Of a stretch of 46,858 nucleotides of DNA, positions 1 through 11,708 are shown piece after piece. The notes below the pieces were generated by a model. The model made no database searches, was not told the DNA's origin, and worked only from the letters and a program-made list of their open reading frames with translations. Location: assembly GCA_003614675.1 (NCBI GenBank), contig ML002291.1, positions 1 through 46,858 of the forward strand. The letters run 5' to 3'. Within the stretch, counting starts at the first letter, position 1; each line of letters starts with the position of its first letter. A program made the translations under genes and the position numbers. This DNA is from Dimargaris cristalligena. Its lineage: Eukaryota.

Positions 1-1263
1 GGGCAGGCGGGAGAGGGAACAAACCAATGCCGAATGGGTGGGTGAAGTAGGGGGTGACGAGCCATTCCACCTGGGCAATCGATGTGGGGGATCGCGCGCC
101 TTCACCAAGTCGCCCATTGTAAACCTATGGGTGAAATTCGGCTCAGGTGTATAAGGTTTTAAATGATTAGTGTATGGGATACTTAATTTTAACCAGGAAT
201 ATGTGCTTCATCCTATGGATTTTTCGTTATATAGCTCGGTTGAACCTTTCCCCTATAGAACGTGTTAAAAATAAATACGGGTCATACGGTATTCCCTAAA
301 TGACTAGCTAATGGGTCGGCTAGTATCCAGAAGAAAATAAAACAATGACATTAAAACAGGTTTACCAGCCAAGTCCATACGCCCCCGTGGACAGAGCGGG
401 GATAGGCGAATAACGGCCAAAGAAGTGGCAGCTGCAACACCGACTTACGTATCCGTCTTTGACTTCGTACCGAAAAGCTACCCATAATCACATTCCACTT
501 TTTTAGGTGATTCAGCTAGGCCTATCTCTGCTAGTGGGTTAATCGCTGCTGGGCCTTGCTTAAGAGTCTTGATCGACTCCTCTCAAAAAAGAAGGATGCG
601 ATGAGGGTATACGAGATGAGCGAAAAGTGCAGACTACACTCCCTGAGTGAGGGGCGCTCTTCCCCACTCTCCTTTTCCTTTTTGACGTGACACTGTCCCA
701 ATGGCCTAACTAATTTAGCCCTAAAGTACCCTTGGACCAGGGATGCCACACGGTGTTCGATAGCATGTACATACATGTCAAAAAAACCATAGGCCCCAGG
801 CGGACACTGAAAGTGGAAGGCGGGGGGAGGAGGGTTATTCGCAATGGTTTAGCTTAGGCAGATACACATAACTCCATTTGGGAACGATGCGCCGCCGAGC
901 TCACTCTCTGATCCCAGCAGGGATTCCCCAGGCTATATTTGGTCAAACTGACATTAGGAGGTCTCTTAATTATGATTCTGACTTGGGAGTGCCTCATTTC
1001 CCGACACTCTCTGGGGTCGCAGCGCGAAAGGGTAGGTCCTACCATAAACGATGAGGGTCATTAACGGACAAGCCCCCCTACATATTAGGACGGCTGACCT
1101 GGTGCCGGGAGGCTTAAGGAGGAGGAGTGGTGGTTGGGTTATCCGAACCAGCCTGGAATGAACGGCCGGGAATTGATATTTCTGAGGAGGGGCTGCAGGA
1201 CACGATAGGCTGGACTGGGCGGGGGCTAATTGCAATGTAAGATGGAAAGCGAGCGGCAGCTCT

Positions 1264-1269
1264 TTTATT
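1264..1269 (-). terminator. Candidate AATAAA polyadenylation signal for the minus-strand micro-ORF transcript
   Basis: Plus TTTATT = minus AATAAA, at the end of a pyrimidine/GT-rich, 3'UTR-like tract. AATAAA also follows three clear genes here (29143, 35603, 39844). Confidence 0.3.
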
Positions 1270-1366
1270 GATGATATAGATAAAAGCTATGCATTACATA
1301 CAAATAGGCAAAAAATGAAACAGAGTATAGAGAATTGAGAGTAGATGGCGAGGTGTGGGCGCACAT

Positions 1367-1386
1367 ACACACACACACACACACAC
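1367..1386. repeat. (AC)10 microsatellite
   Basis: Direct reading. Confidence 0.95.
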
Positions 1387-1941
1387 GGCGACACCAACGC
1401 ACGCACGTACACGCGCTCATACAGGGTGGAATGGCCATAATGAACCAACGAGGCAGAAACGAGAGTGGGAATTGGACGGACATCAGTGAAAAATGCTCAC
1501 CTTGGTGGCAGAGTGGGTAAACAGACATGCAAATAAACTAGAAAAGGCGAGACGGTCATTTTTTTCTTCAGCGGTGGGATGGTGTGAGTCGACAACACTC
1601 GGCACGGCGGAAAAAGTAACCCAGGGGAATATAAACATAAAGGGGAACCGTTGGGCTGTAACGGCTCAGAGGGGAGGGTTGTCGTCCTCATCGTCGTTGA
1701 CGATACGAATGCAGCGCAAAATTTTTTCAGGGAAAAGAAACTAGAAAACAACAAGTGATAGGTGTGTCAATGGATATGGAGGTCAATTTCCTTGCGGGGA
1801 TGAAGGGGATGGGCAGAACGAAGTAGACATGGATGGGATACGATGGAAGTGAAAGAGTGGATGATAGAGGAGAGGGGCGGCCAGCCGAAATGGAAGAGAG
1901 AGAGAAGGTCCGGGATAATCGAAAGCGCAGATGAGATGCAC

Positions 1942-2058
1942 TTAGGGGTGACCGGGGGGTTTGAATGGGGGATTGCCTTTTTTGCAGTAACTGCAGGCGC
2001 AGTCGCGGTCGCTGTCGTTGCTAACGAAGGGCGAAACGGGGCACTTGGGGGCGGCCAT
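1942..2058 (-). CDS. Candidate 38-aa Cys/Pro-rich micropeptide or regulatory uORF (MAAPKCPVSPFVSNDSDRDCACSYCKKGNPPFKPPGHP)
   Basis: Translated by hand. Start context ttaccATGg (A at -3, G at +4). It is the first minus-strand AUG after a 1-kb AUG-free stretch. Codons are mostly C-ending, as in the real genes here. Contains CxCxxC. No homolog recognised. Confidence 0.4.
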   Translation of the reverse strand: MAAPKCPVSPFVSNDSDRDCACSYCKKGNPPFKPPGHP

Positions 2059-2190
2059 GGTAAACGCTATTAACTAAATCTAGCTCGGAGCCGAAATGAA
2101 CGGAGCAGGTAAACGGATGAAGAACCCGGTAATGGGAGAGGGAGGTGGCGTCGAGGGACAGAGGTGAACTAGGTGCGGGCGAAGGGGCGG

Positions 2191-2197
2191 TTATATA
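2191..2197 (-). promoter_or_regulatory. Candidate proximal TATA box (TATATAA)
   Basis: Minus cctatataac, about 135 nt upstream of the micro-ORF ATG and followed by a C/T-rich tract. Confidence 0.3.
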
Positions 2198-3021
2198 GGT
2201 GTGGGCGTGGTAAGGCGGTCTTTGCACACTCACACAGGGAAAAAGACACACAGGTTTGATTGACGACCGGTTAATAGATCGGAGTTTCAAGCAAATGATA
2301 CTACACTATGTGGAAATAAGGCGTAGTGTGGTAGTACAGGAAGAGAGGATCCAAATCACTGATATCAGCGATTAAAGTCGAGAAATGATGAAGAATGCGA
2401 GAATGAAACCCTGAATTGAAATTGGACTGAGGTTAAACCTTAAGTAATAGGGATTAGGAGGCGGGCAGAGGTATGCACCAGGGTTAGTTGGCAGGGAAGA
2501 ACGAAAAGAGAGGGTGATAAAAAGGGGGTGGCACGGAACCAAAGCCGGTAAATACCTAATCCAGGTGAAATACGCAGGCTGAGAAGTAGACAACGATTTA
2601 GGAATGTGAGTGGGAGACAGGGATACTAATTGGGGAAATCTGCTGACAGGCTTAGGGTTAGGGGAGATGTAGACAAGATATTTCAAAGGTTGGGAAGCGG
2701 GGTCTGCAGGAGCCGAAGGAATAATCAAGAGCACCGCCCTAAATATTCGAAAATAGACCAAAATGACGGAGCGGAAAAAAGGGGTTCCAAAGGTTCGGAT
2801 CCGATGGAATTGGGCCAGTTGGTGGATGCTAGCAGGGGTGGCACGGGCGTGTAGAAGCGGTGAGTGTAAAAGGCTAGTGACGGAATAGGGTTGGCTGGGA
2901 GCAAATGCGGCCAAAGCCAAAGAAGACAACTAGGGAGGGGGAATGTAAAAAAGTAAGCTGTAGAGAGCACAGTTGGTTGTGAAGGTGTGTTGATGAGGGT
3001 GATGGGGGGGGCCCGCCCAGG

Positions 3022-3029
3022 TTTATATA
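3022..3029 (-). promoter_or_regulatory. Candidate distal TATA box (TATATAAA)
   Basis: Minus gtatataaac, close to where the AUG-free pyrimidine-rich leader begins. Confidence 0.4.
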
Positions 3030-6000
3030 CGAATCCGTAAAAGCGGCTTGGGGACTGGGCAGCCAATGTTCATTCACGCTGCGTTCTAGAGTGGCTGAGA
3101 GACCATTAGCATCAGCCAGGGGGAGGAGAAAAGAAAGCGAGGCAGAGAATAAAAGCAGGCCACCCATACAGTGAATAGTACACCCATCAGGCAAAAGAAT
3201 GGGCAGTAGGCCAAACGAAGTCAAGGCAAGTAAGGGAACGAGTTAGTAATGTATATTGATGGCAGTGAAACAGGGTGTCGCTTGAACATGGCGGTGGTGG
3301 GCCGCCCACACTGGATTCCAGCCAATACTCGCTGGGAGGAATTCCTCAACCGGCCACTGATGGCCCAATACAACCACTGCTTCCGGTGTCGTACGCTACA
3401 ATCTAGTCTGGTTTGGCTTTCTTTCCAATTCGTAGGCTATCTTCGAAAACGAACCGTGATGGATCCCGTCAAGACTTTTGGCATGCTTAATCAAGAAGAA
3501 CCTTCGGAGGGAGGCAACTGGCCCAATGGCCCTGATCCACTCGACTAATCCATGCAAAAAGCGTATTGAGAATCATAAACCGCTTCTCCCTAAGTTGCCG
3601 GCCAACAATATATAAAATTAACCAGAACTAATCTAGTCTAGGCCCCAATCCGATTCTCCATATAACCAAGCGAACTGAATGCCTCGATCTTCTAGTTGGG
3701 GGTGGTGGGTATAATGCCGGCTACTACTGGGGCTTGGTCCCATCATTCGGATCCATTTTCCTCATAATTTCCTTGTCCCCGACTAGTCGTCCAACTCCAA
3801 AACTCCACAACTCCAACTCCGACGCGGCATATTCCCTCGACAGAGAGATGGTGGTGCAAAGGCAAATGCCGCTGAGGACCATTATCCGCCCCTGCTCCAC
3901 CTCGGGAGGTATAATGAAAGCTGCAATGCAGACTGCTCCACAGCTTCGACATGGATGGACTTAGCCGGAGCTGTAAGGACTAGTCCGAGTCATATTGATA
4001 CACTTCCCGTTTAGATGATATCGCTATGTATTCACTGGCTTTTTAATACGCTTAAACCTACGCCGGGTGGAATGGGAAAGGTGTACTAGCGTCCAAGTAC
4101 CCGCCGGCATGGTATGTTTAGAAGGGGGCCCCCTCCCCATTCAATGGCTGCATGTACCCGTTTATAATGCACCTCGGTGGTTAGCAACTTGCCTATGCGT
4201 CCCCTCCCCCAATGGCTATTCTTTATGGGCGCCTCAGGGTAACTGGATTCATGTGAACTTGAAAAGTGGCTGTTGGACCAGACCCGCTTCCCCCCTGAAG
4301 TAGCGCTAACATAGACGAGGCGACACCCATCCAGCCCGACAGTGGCGAGTATGCACAAGTTCGTTTAAACGCCACTAGTAGGGTAAGATATAATAATCGG
4401 GTTTGGGGGGGTCATAATAAGCCCACTCAATTTCGGTGATTCCACTGCCCCCCCCCCTGGCATTTCCGGAATCCGCATAGTGGGCTATCCATGCCATCGC
4501 CAAGGACGACCTGCCGGGTGAGGGGCCGCCGCTTGGACCATGGAAGATACCGGGGCCCAAGCCGTCCCCCACTGACCTAGGAATGGGCCCGAGAGTCACA
4601 GTGGCCCCCTTTTTTTTTCGAGCAAACCCAGGGGTAGAAAGGGTGGCTGTGAGGGTCATTACCACGGCCAAATTGTCAGGAGGGGGAGAGATTTCTTTTT
4701 AAAAAAAATTATTTGGGAGGGGGGTCTACTGAGAATAATAATAATAATAGTAATAGTAATGATTAAATATAGAATCGTCTTAAGAGAACGAAGGGAAAAG
4801 GGGCATGAAACAAGCCACTCTTCATTTGCCACTTCGACCCTGAATCATACGAATGTGGCGAATTCGGGGCTCGTAGGCCCCAAAATACTACCATTGTTAG
4901 GCCATACTCTGCACCACAGCCCCTAACAAGCACGGCTGGCTGATTCGAGGGGGTATATTGTATCTCTCGGAACAATCACGTCGGCAGTGATTCGGTCGTT
5001 GGGCCAGCCCGTCTCGTTTCAATAACGTCCGAGGGTACGGCCATGATGTCTAGAGATACCCGTGCCCTAAACTGGTTTGATGCACCAAACGGACCAATGC
5101 CCGTGGTACTATGGTATCCGCCGCCCCATTACGCACCACACCCCTCTTCTCTCCGGGTCGCTATGGTTTCTTTCCCATCGGATTCTGCTGCTTTTTCGCT
5201 TGGCATTCTGAGACAAGATGCGGGCCTTTATAAAATAACTATACATTATATATATATACTAGATCCAACCACTGAAACGAGGCTAGACGTCTAGGCGGCC
5301 AGTGCCTCTAGAGGCTGACGACGGCCGTCCGCGTTAGCCGACTGCCCGGTCCAACGATTTCCGCATGGGCTGGGCCATGGGCGATCCTCTTTGTAACGGG
5401 GCGTGTGGGAAGACCCATCGTGATTGCATCGCGGTCATAGTACTCCCAGGCCTTCCCAATCCATCGCTGGGTGCAGCCGCCTAATGACGGCAGTTTGGCC
5501 CTCATTACTGAGCATTCCAGCCCGCTGGCGGATGATTAAACACCTTTTACCTCCCCAGAGACTCGCTCATCCACTCGGTTACACGACTATTAATCACGCA
5601 CAAGGTTATATATGGGCCATCGAAGAGGATACCGCTGACCATTATGATTACACGTCCATGATTTAACATTTTGCCCCTCCGACCATCAATGTATACTAGT
5701 CCCCCCTAATCTGAAATGGAGAGCTCGAGCGCAAATGTTGGATGTTAAACCAGGGGGGCGGAAGTCATCCCGACCTGCGGGCCACTGGGCTTGTTATTTT
5801 TTTGTATTGTATAGTATTGTTTTTTCATATATACCTTTTTTAAAGCTAATGCCACTCTCGTTTTGCCATTTTAGATCACCGATGACAGTCAGCCTGAATA
5901 ATATAATAAGGAAATTACCTCAGACCCCCTCGCACCCCGACGGGCCCAAGAGGTGGAAACACCCTACTGCAGTTTTGCTTTGATTCGGGCTACTCCAATG

Positions 6001-6455
6001 TACGGTATATAATCCAAAACCTGGTCATGCCCAGATGCCATCGCGTCTTTCAGTCCATTCCCTCAGTTGCTTGTGAATTGCGCTGCAGATGGCCCCCTCC
6101 TGGCTATGCATCCGGGGGTTTTCCGTGGCTACTTTGGTGGTCACAGCGGGCAAGTAGCTGTGGGCAAACGCCACTTGCATTACCAAATTATACCTTCCAT
6201 CGAATAGGAGGCCGGCAGGAAGGTGGTGGTGGTTGGTAGAGTAGCGCTCTGGGATGGGTTAGTACTCTCGACTAGTATGCCTCAATCCACTACTGCTGCC
6301 CACAGCCACTCTAGACGGCACTGTTCCCAAATAAACAGATCTGCTGGACCAGTCAGTCCAGTCCGTCGGCGAACTCTACTGGCCCACTTCAGATGCAACC
6401 ACCCAGATTGGGCCATTTGGGAGTTTTTTTGACACCCAATCCACTGTATAGAGAT

Positions 6456-6477
6456 AGAGAGAGAGAGAGAGAGAGAG
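6456..6477. repeat. (AG)n microsatellite, about 11 units
   Basis: Direct reading. Confidence 0.9.
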
Positions 6478-9264
6478 GGAAACCCATCACCGCCTTGTCC
6501 GAATACTGGGAGTTAAATGGGTTAGCGTAATTCAGCATCACCTAAAAAAGTTACATCACCAAATCCCTTCATCACCACCCATTTTCTTCATCTGGCCTGC
6601 TATTATTTTTTTCTCGATGCTATTTTATTGATGTTGATGTTATATCATCCCCCTTCGCCACGCCATACGCCTACCCAGACTATGGATCAGTATATCTATT
6701 GTTGTTTTTTACGCTCCCTTGTTCCAAAGTGGCGACTAGGGCCCAATTAAGACAATGCGCGGGTTGGCCACACCGTGCGACTATTATACCCGCCTAAATT
6801 ATTCCCACCCAGTGGGTAGTAACCCCTCCAGCCTGTGGGCTTGGGTGTATGGTGGTTGGATTCGCACAAGGGAAACCGCCCCTCTGTGCAAGGGAAGCGG
6901 AAAATACCGTCGGACCCGCCTAAGGATGTGCGCCGCCATAATACAACTGCAGTCATATCCAAATGTGAACTGCATGCATTACTAAGTGAGCCCTCGCGAA
7001 CATTACGAAGAAGAAGAATAGCAATGCTTAATATTCAGCTCTTGGGCAATAAAGCCTGCCAATACCAATGACGACAATACGGAGAGTGTAGGGGGGAATA
7101 TAATGAAACTGGAGTACCCGGAATCAGTGTCGCCTTGGACCGACGAATGTTTGAATCATTCGCAGTTTGGGTCCAATATTTCCGCCCTCTCACCTCCCGC
7201 GGGCACCCCACAGAGATTGGTGTGGTGGGTCGAATTGGAAGAGCCTTTGGTGAGAAATAGTAATAGTAATAATAATAATGAAGAGCAGTCCCGCTGCATT
7301 ATTCGGTCCATGGGGGCGGCACACTCATCTCGACAAGGGAATGCACTAGACCACACCTCCGCTGACGTACCGGGCTGGTCCATTGCCCCTATTAAATCAC
7401 CTGCTGAATCCCCAGACTGCGCAATTAAACCACCGCGGCCCGACTCTGCCTAAATAGCCAGCAACATTCAATGACCTAATGGCCTATAGCCTATTAGCGG
7501 TTCTGGAACAATGATACTGCGCCGTGCAGGCCGCTGTCGATATTCACCGAATACCCCTATTTCAGCTGCAGGGCGTATTGAAGCCGACGAGGGGGCAACA
7601 TAAAGGGGGGCGGCAGCGAAATCACGCTCCAGCAGCGAATATTGCGGAGAAAAACGGACCCCGGACAGACGGTGCATATTAAAAGGCGGGTATGCCAATG
7701 TACTAAGGAAGTGGAGAGTGGAAGGCAAGGAGGGGGGGGTGTATACTGCTGGTGAGGGGGGTGACTAGTCGCCCTGCCGATAGGAGGGGAATATCGACTC
7801 CATTGACTGTGGGCATGATATTCGGCACTAAGCATAGCCCCTCCTCCTTTCCGTGACCCCCCGGCTATCCGTAACTTCCGTACATTAATCACATAGCGCT
7901 CCACTACATTACACCAGATATATAGCCCACTGTATGTTCTAGCGAGTAGGCTGCAATTAATTATAACTGGCGAGCCCCACAGTGAGAGGGGGCCGCCTCC
8001 GTTAGGGTTAGTCCAAAATATGGTCTGGACCGTGGTCATCTGTAAAGACCAAGCCACCCAAGGAATCCGAGGGTGTTTCAACCTCACTAATCTCTAGTGG
8101 GTCTAGAAGGGGGTCTCCTTGGGAATGTGGATCCCACCGTTAGTCGTAGTAGTATCGCTGTACTTTATCAGTGTAGCTAAACTCTGGTCTACAATGGTCT
8201 TAATCGGGTGAATCGAGTGCGGGTTTTGGGATCATTGTATAGCCCCTTCTCCACCACCACCACTGCCGATTAATTGCCTGGGCCCCGCTGTTTCACGCCA
8301 AATATGTAAGCACCAGGATGTCCCCTAAACAATCAACCTATGTCAAGTTGACCATGGACCGTGGGCTACCTGGCCCTTAATTGGGACGGTCTAGAATATC
8401 ACAGTGGTCTCTAAATCCAAACCAATCCTTTATCCTTGGCCAGTAACCTTAACCGGCACCAATCGGCCGCCGAAGTAGGAGGCGACTCGTCTGGATCAAC
8501 AAAATACTCGGGGCCGCGCCACTGGAATTTGAAACAACAATAGGAGGAAAGAGGGGGGGTTCGGTGCTGCAATGTGGCGCCATGACATTAAATTAATCCA
8601 TTGAATACGAATCCAGCATACACCGCTCGGAGTACGAATTAAGCAATGATGGATCATACGACGACCGCCACGGAACCCTTCCGCCATTGTCTTCATCAGG
8701 CGGTAGTCTTTTTGTGTAGGCCCAGTACGGGAAGGGGGGAATGCTTTTTAGGGATTTTTTTTTAATTTTAGAATGTGTACAAGGAGGTGATCCGGTCACG
8801 GTGGCTGGGCCTGCCACGGAGAGTAAACAACACTATCCGTTAACGGGCTGGTGTGTATTGTCCCACACTGTGGCCAGGTCCGTTATACTTGAGTAGTGGG
8901 AGGAGGAAAGATAGGTTGGTCCATTCCTTGGGCTGAAATGCAGTGTGTTTAGCTTTCCCAAGGTTTCAAGGCATCGTTTTGCCAAAGACGGAAGGTCGAA
9001 CCAATCGACAGGATGAAACGTACGGGCAAGCTGCTCGATTTATTGTGGCCAGATTCCTTCAAGGTCGGTCGATATACTTCAAAACATGACGTTACTAGCA
9101 TTGTCGGTGCGTTGAAACATGTATTAGACTGGACCTGTCCCGCCCCACACTGGAGGAATGTTATGGTATGGTTTCATAATGGAACTAGGTAGGCAGGTGT
9201 ATGGGTGTTTCTAGAAGTCCGACCACCGAATATCGCTGTTAACAAAGACAATCAGCCCTTTCTC

Positions 9265-9266
<2 letters not shown>

Positions 9267-9296
<30 letters not shown>
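9267..9296. repeat. (TA)15 microsatellite
   Basis: Direct reading. Confidence 0.95.
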
Positions 9297-9299
<3 letters not shown>

Positions 9300-11708
9300 C
9301 CGCCACTGGCCGAATCATCATCAGATTGCCCGAAATGGTTGTGAGGCCCTGGTATGGCCCATCTGGAATGTGGTGAAACTCATCGAGTCCAGGTCCAAGG
9401 ATAAGCCACCCAGTTCGCGAACATTGTACATTATGGCTACAATACCATTGGTCCTGGCATTCCAGTCACTGAAGGGTGCGGATCCAAGGTTTCCGAGCCC
9501 TCGTTTTTAACATTGGCCATGTCCCGCGCGACTCTAGCTGCACTGAGACTGATCCAAGGCGTGTTAAATCAGTCGGTCTGGATATGTCATGGCTCTAGGG
9601 GGGGAGGACGCAGCGGCTCTGCCGTCATCATACTGTAAAGCCAAACAATTAGCCAAGGCCTATCTATACACAGGATGGATTTGGATAATAGGAGTTGGTT
9701 TGTCTCGCTATATACACACACACACACACCCTCTCTCTCTCCTTCTAGCACGATTAACTCGTTATGCACCTTTGGTGTTTGCCTATGAGAATACTGGGCC
9801 GGTGGTTTGGGAATCTGTGTTTCGAACTAGGAGTAGATCATCGGTGGCGCGGCCCTGAACTACCATACTGAGCAGAATCCTCCGAATGTAGATTAGGTGA
9901 AGGTCCCAGGCCCCGAAATCCTAAACTACGCCTCCCGCCAACCAGGGGTGTCTCACTGAAGGGAGAGAGGGGGCACTGGCCTGTCCGGGAACATGCTTGC
10001 TTTGGGATTGTATCGGTTGGGACTACCCGACGGCTATAGGTGCGATCAAGTCGTTGGGTCTACTTCCGTCGGTCGACATGGTGAATGATGACGACGCCCA
10101 TTACGCTCGGATCAGATTCCCATGGATGCAGTGGCTGGTCGCAGGATCCCATTGCTTGAAACGCTTTCCCGGATCTTGCTCCCTTTTGTCTAATTACTGG
10201 GTAATGCGAATCCACGGCATGGTTAGCGGACTACAGTCTCGGCATCTGACGAGTGCTGATTGGAATCTAGCAGGGGGGAATAGATAAATCGGGGCCGAAC
10301 TAAAACAAAAATAGAATGCCTAAAGAAATGATGTAACTGGCTAGTTGGTAAGAGTTTGCGGTGGCTTAAGGTTAACGGAGCACCCATCATCAACTCTGCG
10401 ATCATGATGGCGTTTTGTTTGATAAACAAACCTGCAATGCCCAAATCGCGAACCAGACGGATCGGCCCACACCGACGACACTGGTCTTGTCGTTATAGGC
10501 TAGTGATTTTATTCTACCCAATAGGCTAGGTTTGGCATACACAGCCCCGATTCCTATACTCCATACTAAACAGGCATCGTTCTTCCTCTCTCTCTTTGAA
10601 TCACACTCGATCCTATTCTTGACCTATCATTTTTTTTGGAAAACCGACCCTACTATTCGTCGTTGCGATGATGGCTTCGAATCTCGCTCTCGTTTTATTA
10701 TTATTTTGATCAAAAGCGGTTCTGAAAAATAAAAACTGGCCATCATTGTGCCTGCTCACTGCCTTGGGACGGATGCGTGCCACGCTGTAGGCCGCCCATT
10801 TGGGATGATCCGGTCTGTAGAGTAAAGCGTCCAATCGCCCGTCCATAGTCTCATATATCTAGAGGAAATACGTGATGAATGTGAACAAGTTGGATCGGTT
10901 TCGGCTAAACAAACTTCCATATGCGTAAAATCACGGATGATGTTTACCTTGGCCCGAACCAATGAAATAGCATCGGCCTCCCAACTACGTTCACTCGCTT
11001 TTAACGGATACATCTGGAAGCCCACGACTATTGAAGGGTATAATCAGCCACGAGTGTTAGCCGTTCATAGGTGGTCCCAATATGGATTGAGTTAATCAGT
11101 AATCTCGTTTAATGAACACACCCCGCTGAGCCTGATTGGAAATCGGAAGCCATTTCCACCTGGCCAGTGCTTCCATTTTGTCCAGCCGACCCGGCCCACT
11201 GGGCCACGGATGGACCGCGCGCTCTTCCAAATCCTTGGCCAATGAGGGCAATGGGGGACCATTCTCGGGTAGCCACCCCCCCCGCCCGTGGATAACGTAT
11301 AGATAAAATGATGTCGCCCGAGTTCGGGGGTTTCTATAATCGGGCCAGATGCATGCTTCTGTCCTTCTTTGCGAGACGGTTCGCTGGTCGGAAATCAAGG
11401 AGAGGAGTGGAATAACCAATCCAGCCCTAAACTCCCGCCGACCCCTGGATTGGTGATAACGAGCGTTCCTCCTCCCAGAAGCCCCTTTTTGGAATCCCCT
11501 CCCAGCCGCATCGGCCATCTCCCACGCACCCTCCCAGGGTACACCAGGCCTCTGATACCACACCATGGCCCAATACCATGAACCCGCACACCCTACTATT
11601 CCCAGCTCAGACCGAAGCCACCCACGCCACCTATCTCTACCACCTTCGCTTTCCAGTACAATTCTTATTCGCTCATCCCCCCCCTTCATTTTCCCCATTA
11701 TATTCACC

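Noticed and set aside
2099-2110. AACGGAGCAGGT, resembling the 3' side of SRP RNA helix 8
   Set aside because: The 5' partner strand and GNRA loop context are missing; treated as a chance match.
2652-2663. TTAGGGTTAGGG telomere-like repeat
   Set aside because: Only two units; expected by chance in G-rich sequence.
2372-2929. 185-aa TTG-started minus-strand ORF in the AUG-free leader
   Set aside because: No AUG; the Leu/Ser/Pro/Phe composition is what a C/T-rich UTR produces; no recognisable domain.
7103-8087. 116-aa (+) and 176-aa (-) ORFs in the gene-free interval
   Set aside because: No codon bias like the real genes and no motifs; one includes an AAT/AGT microsatellite.
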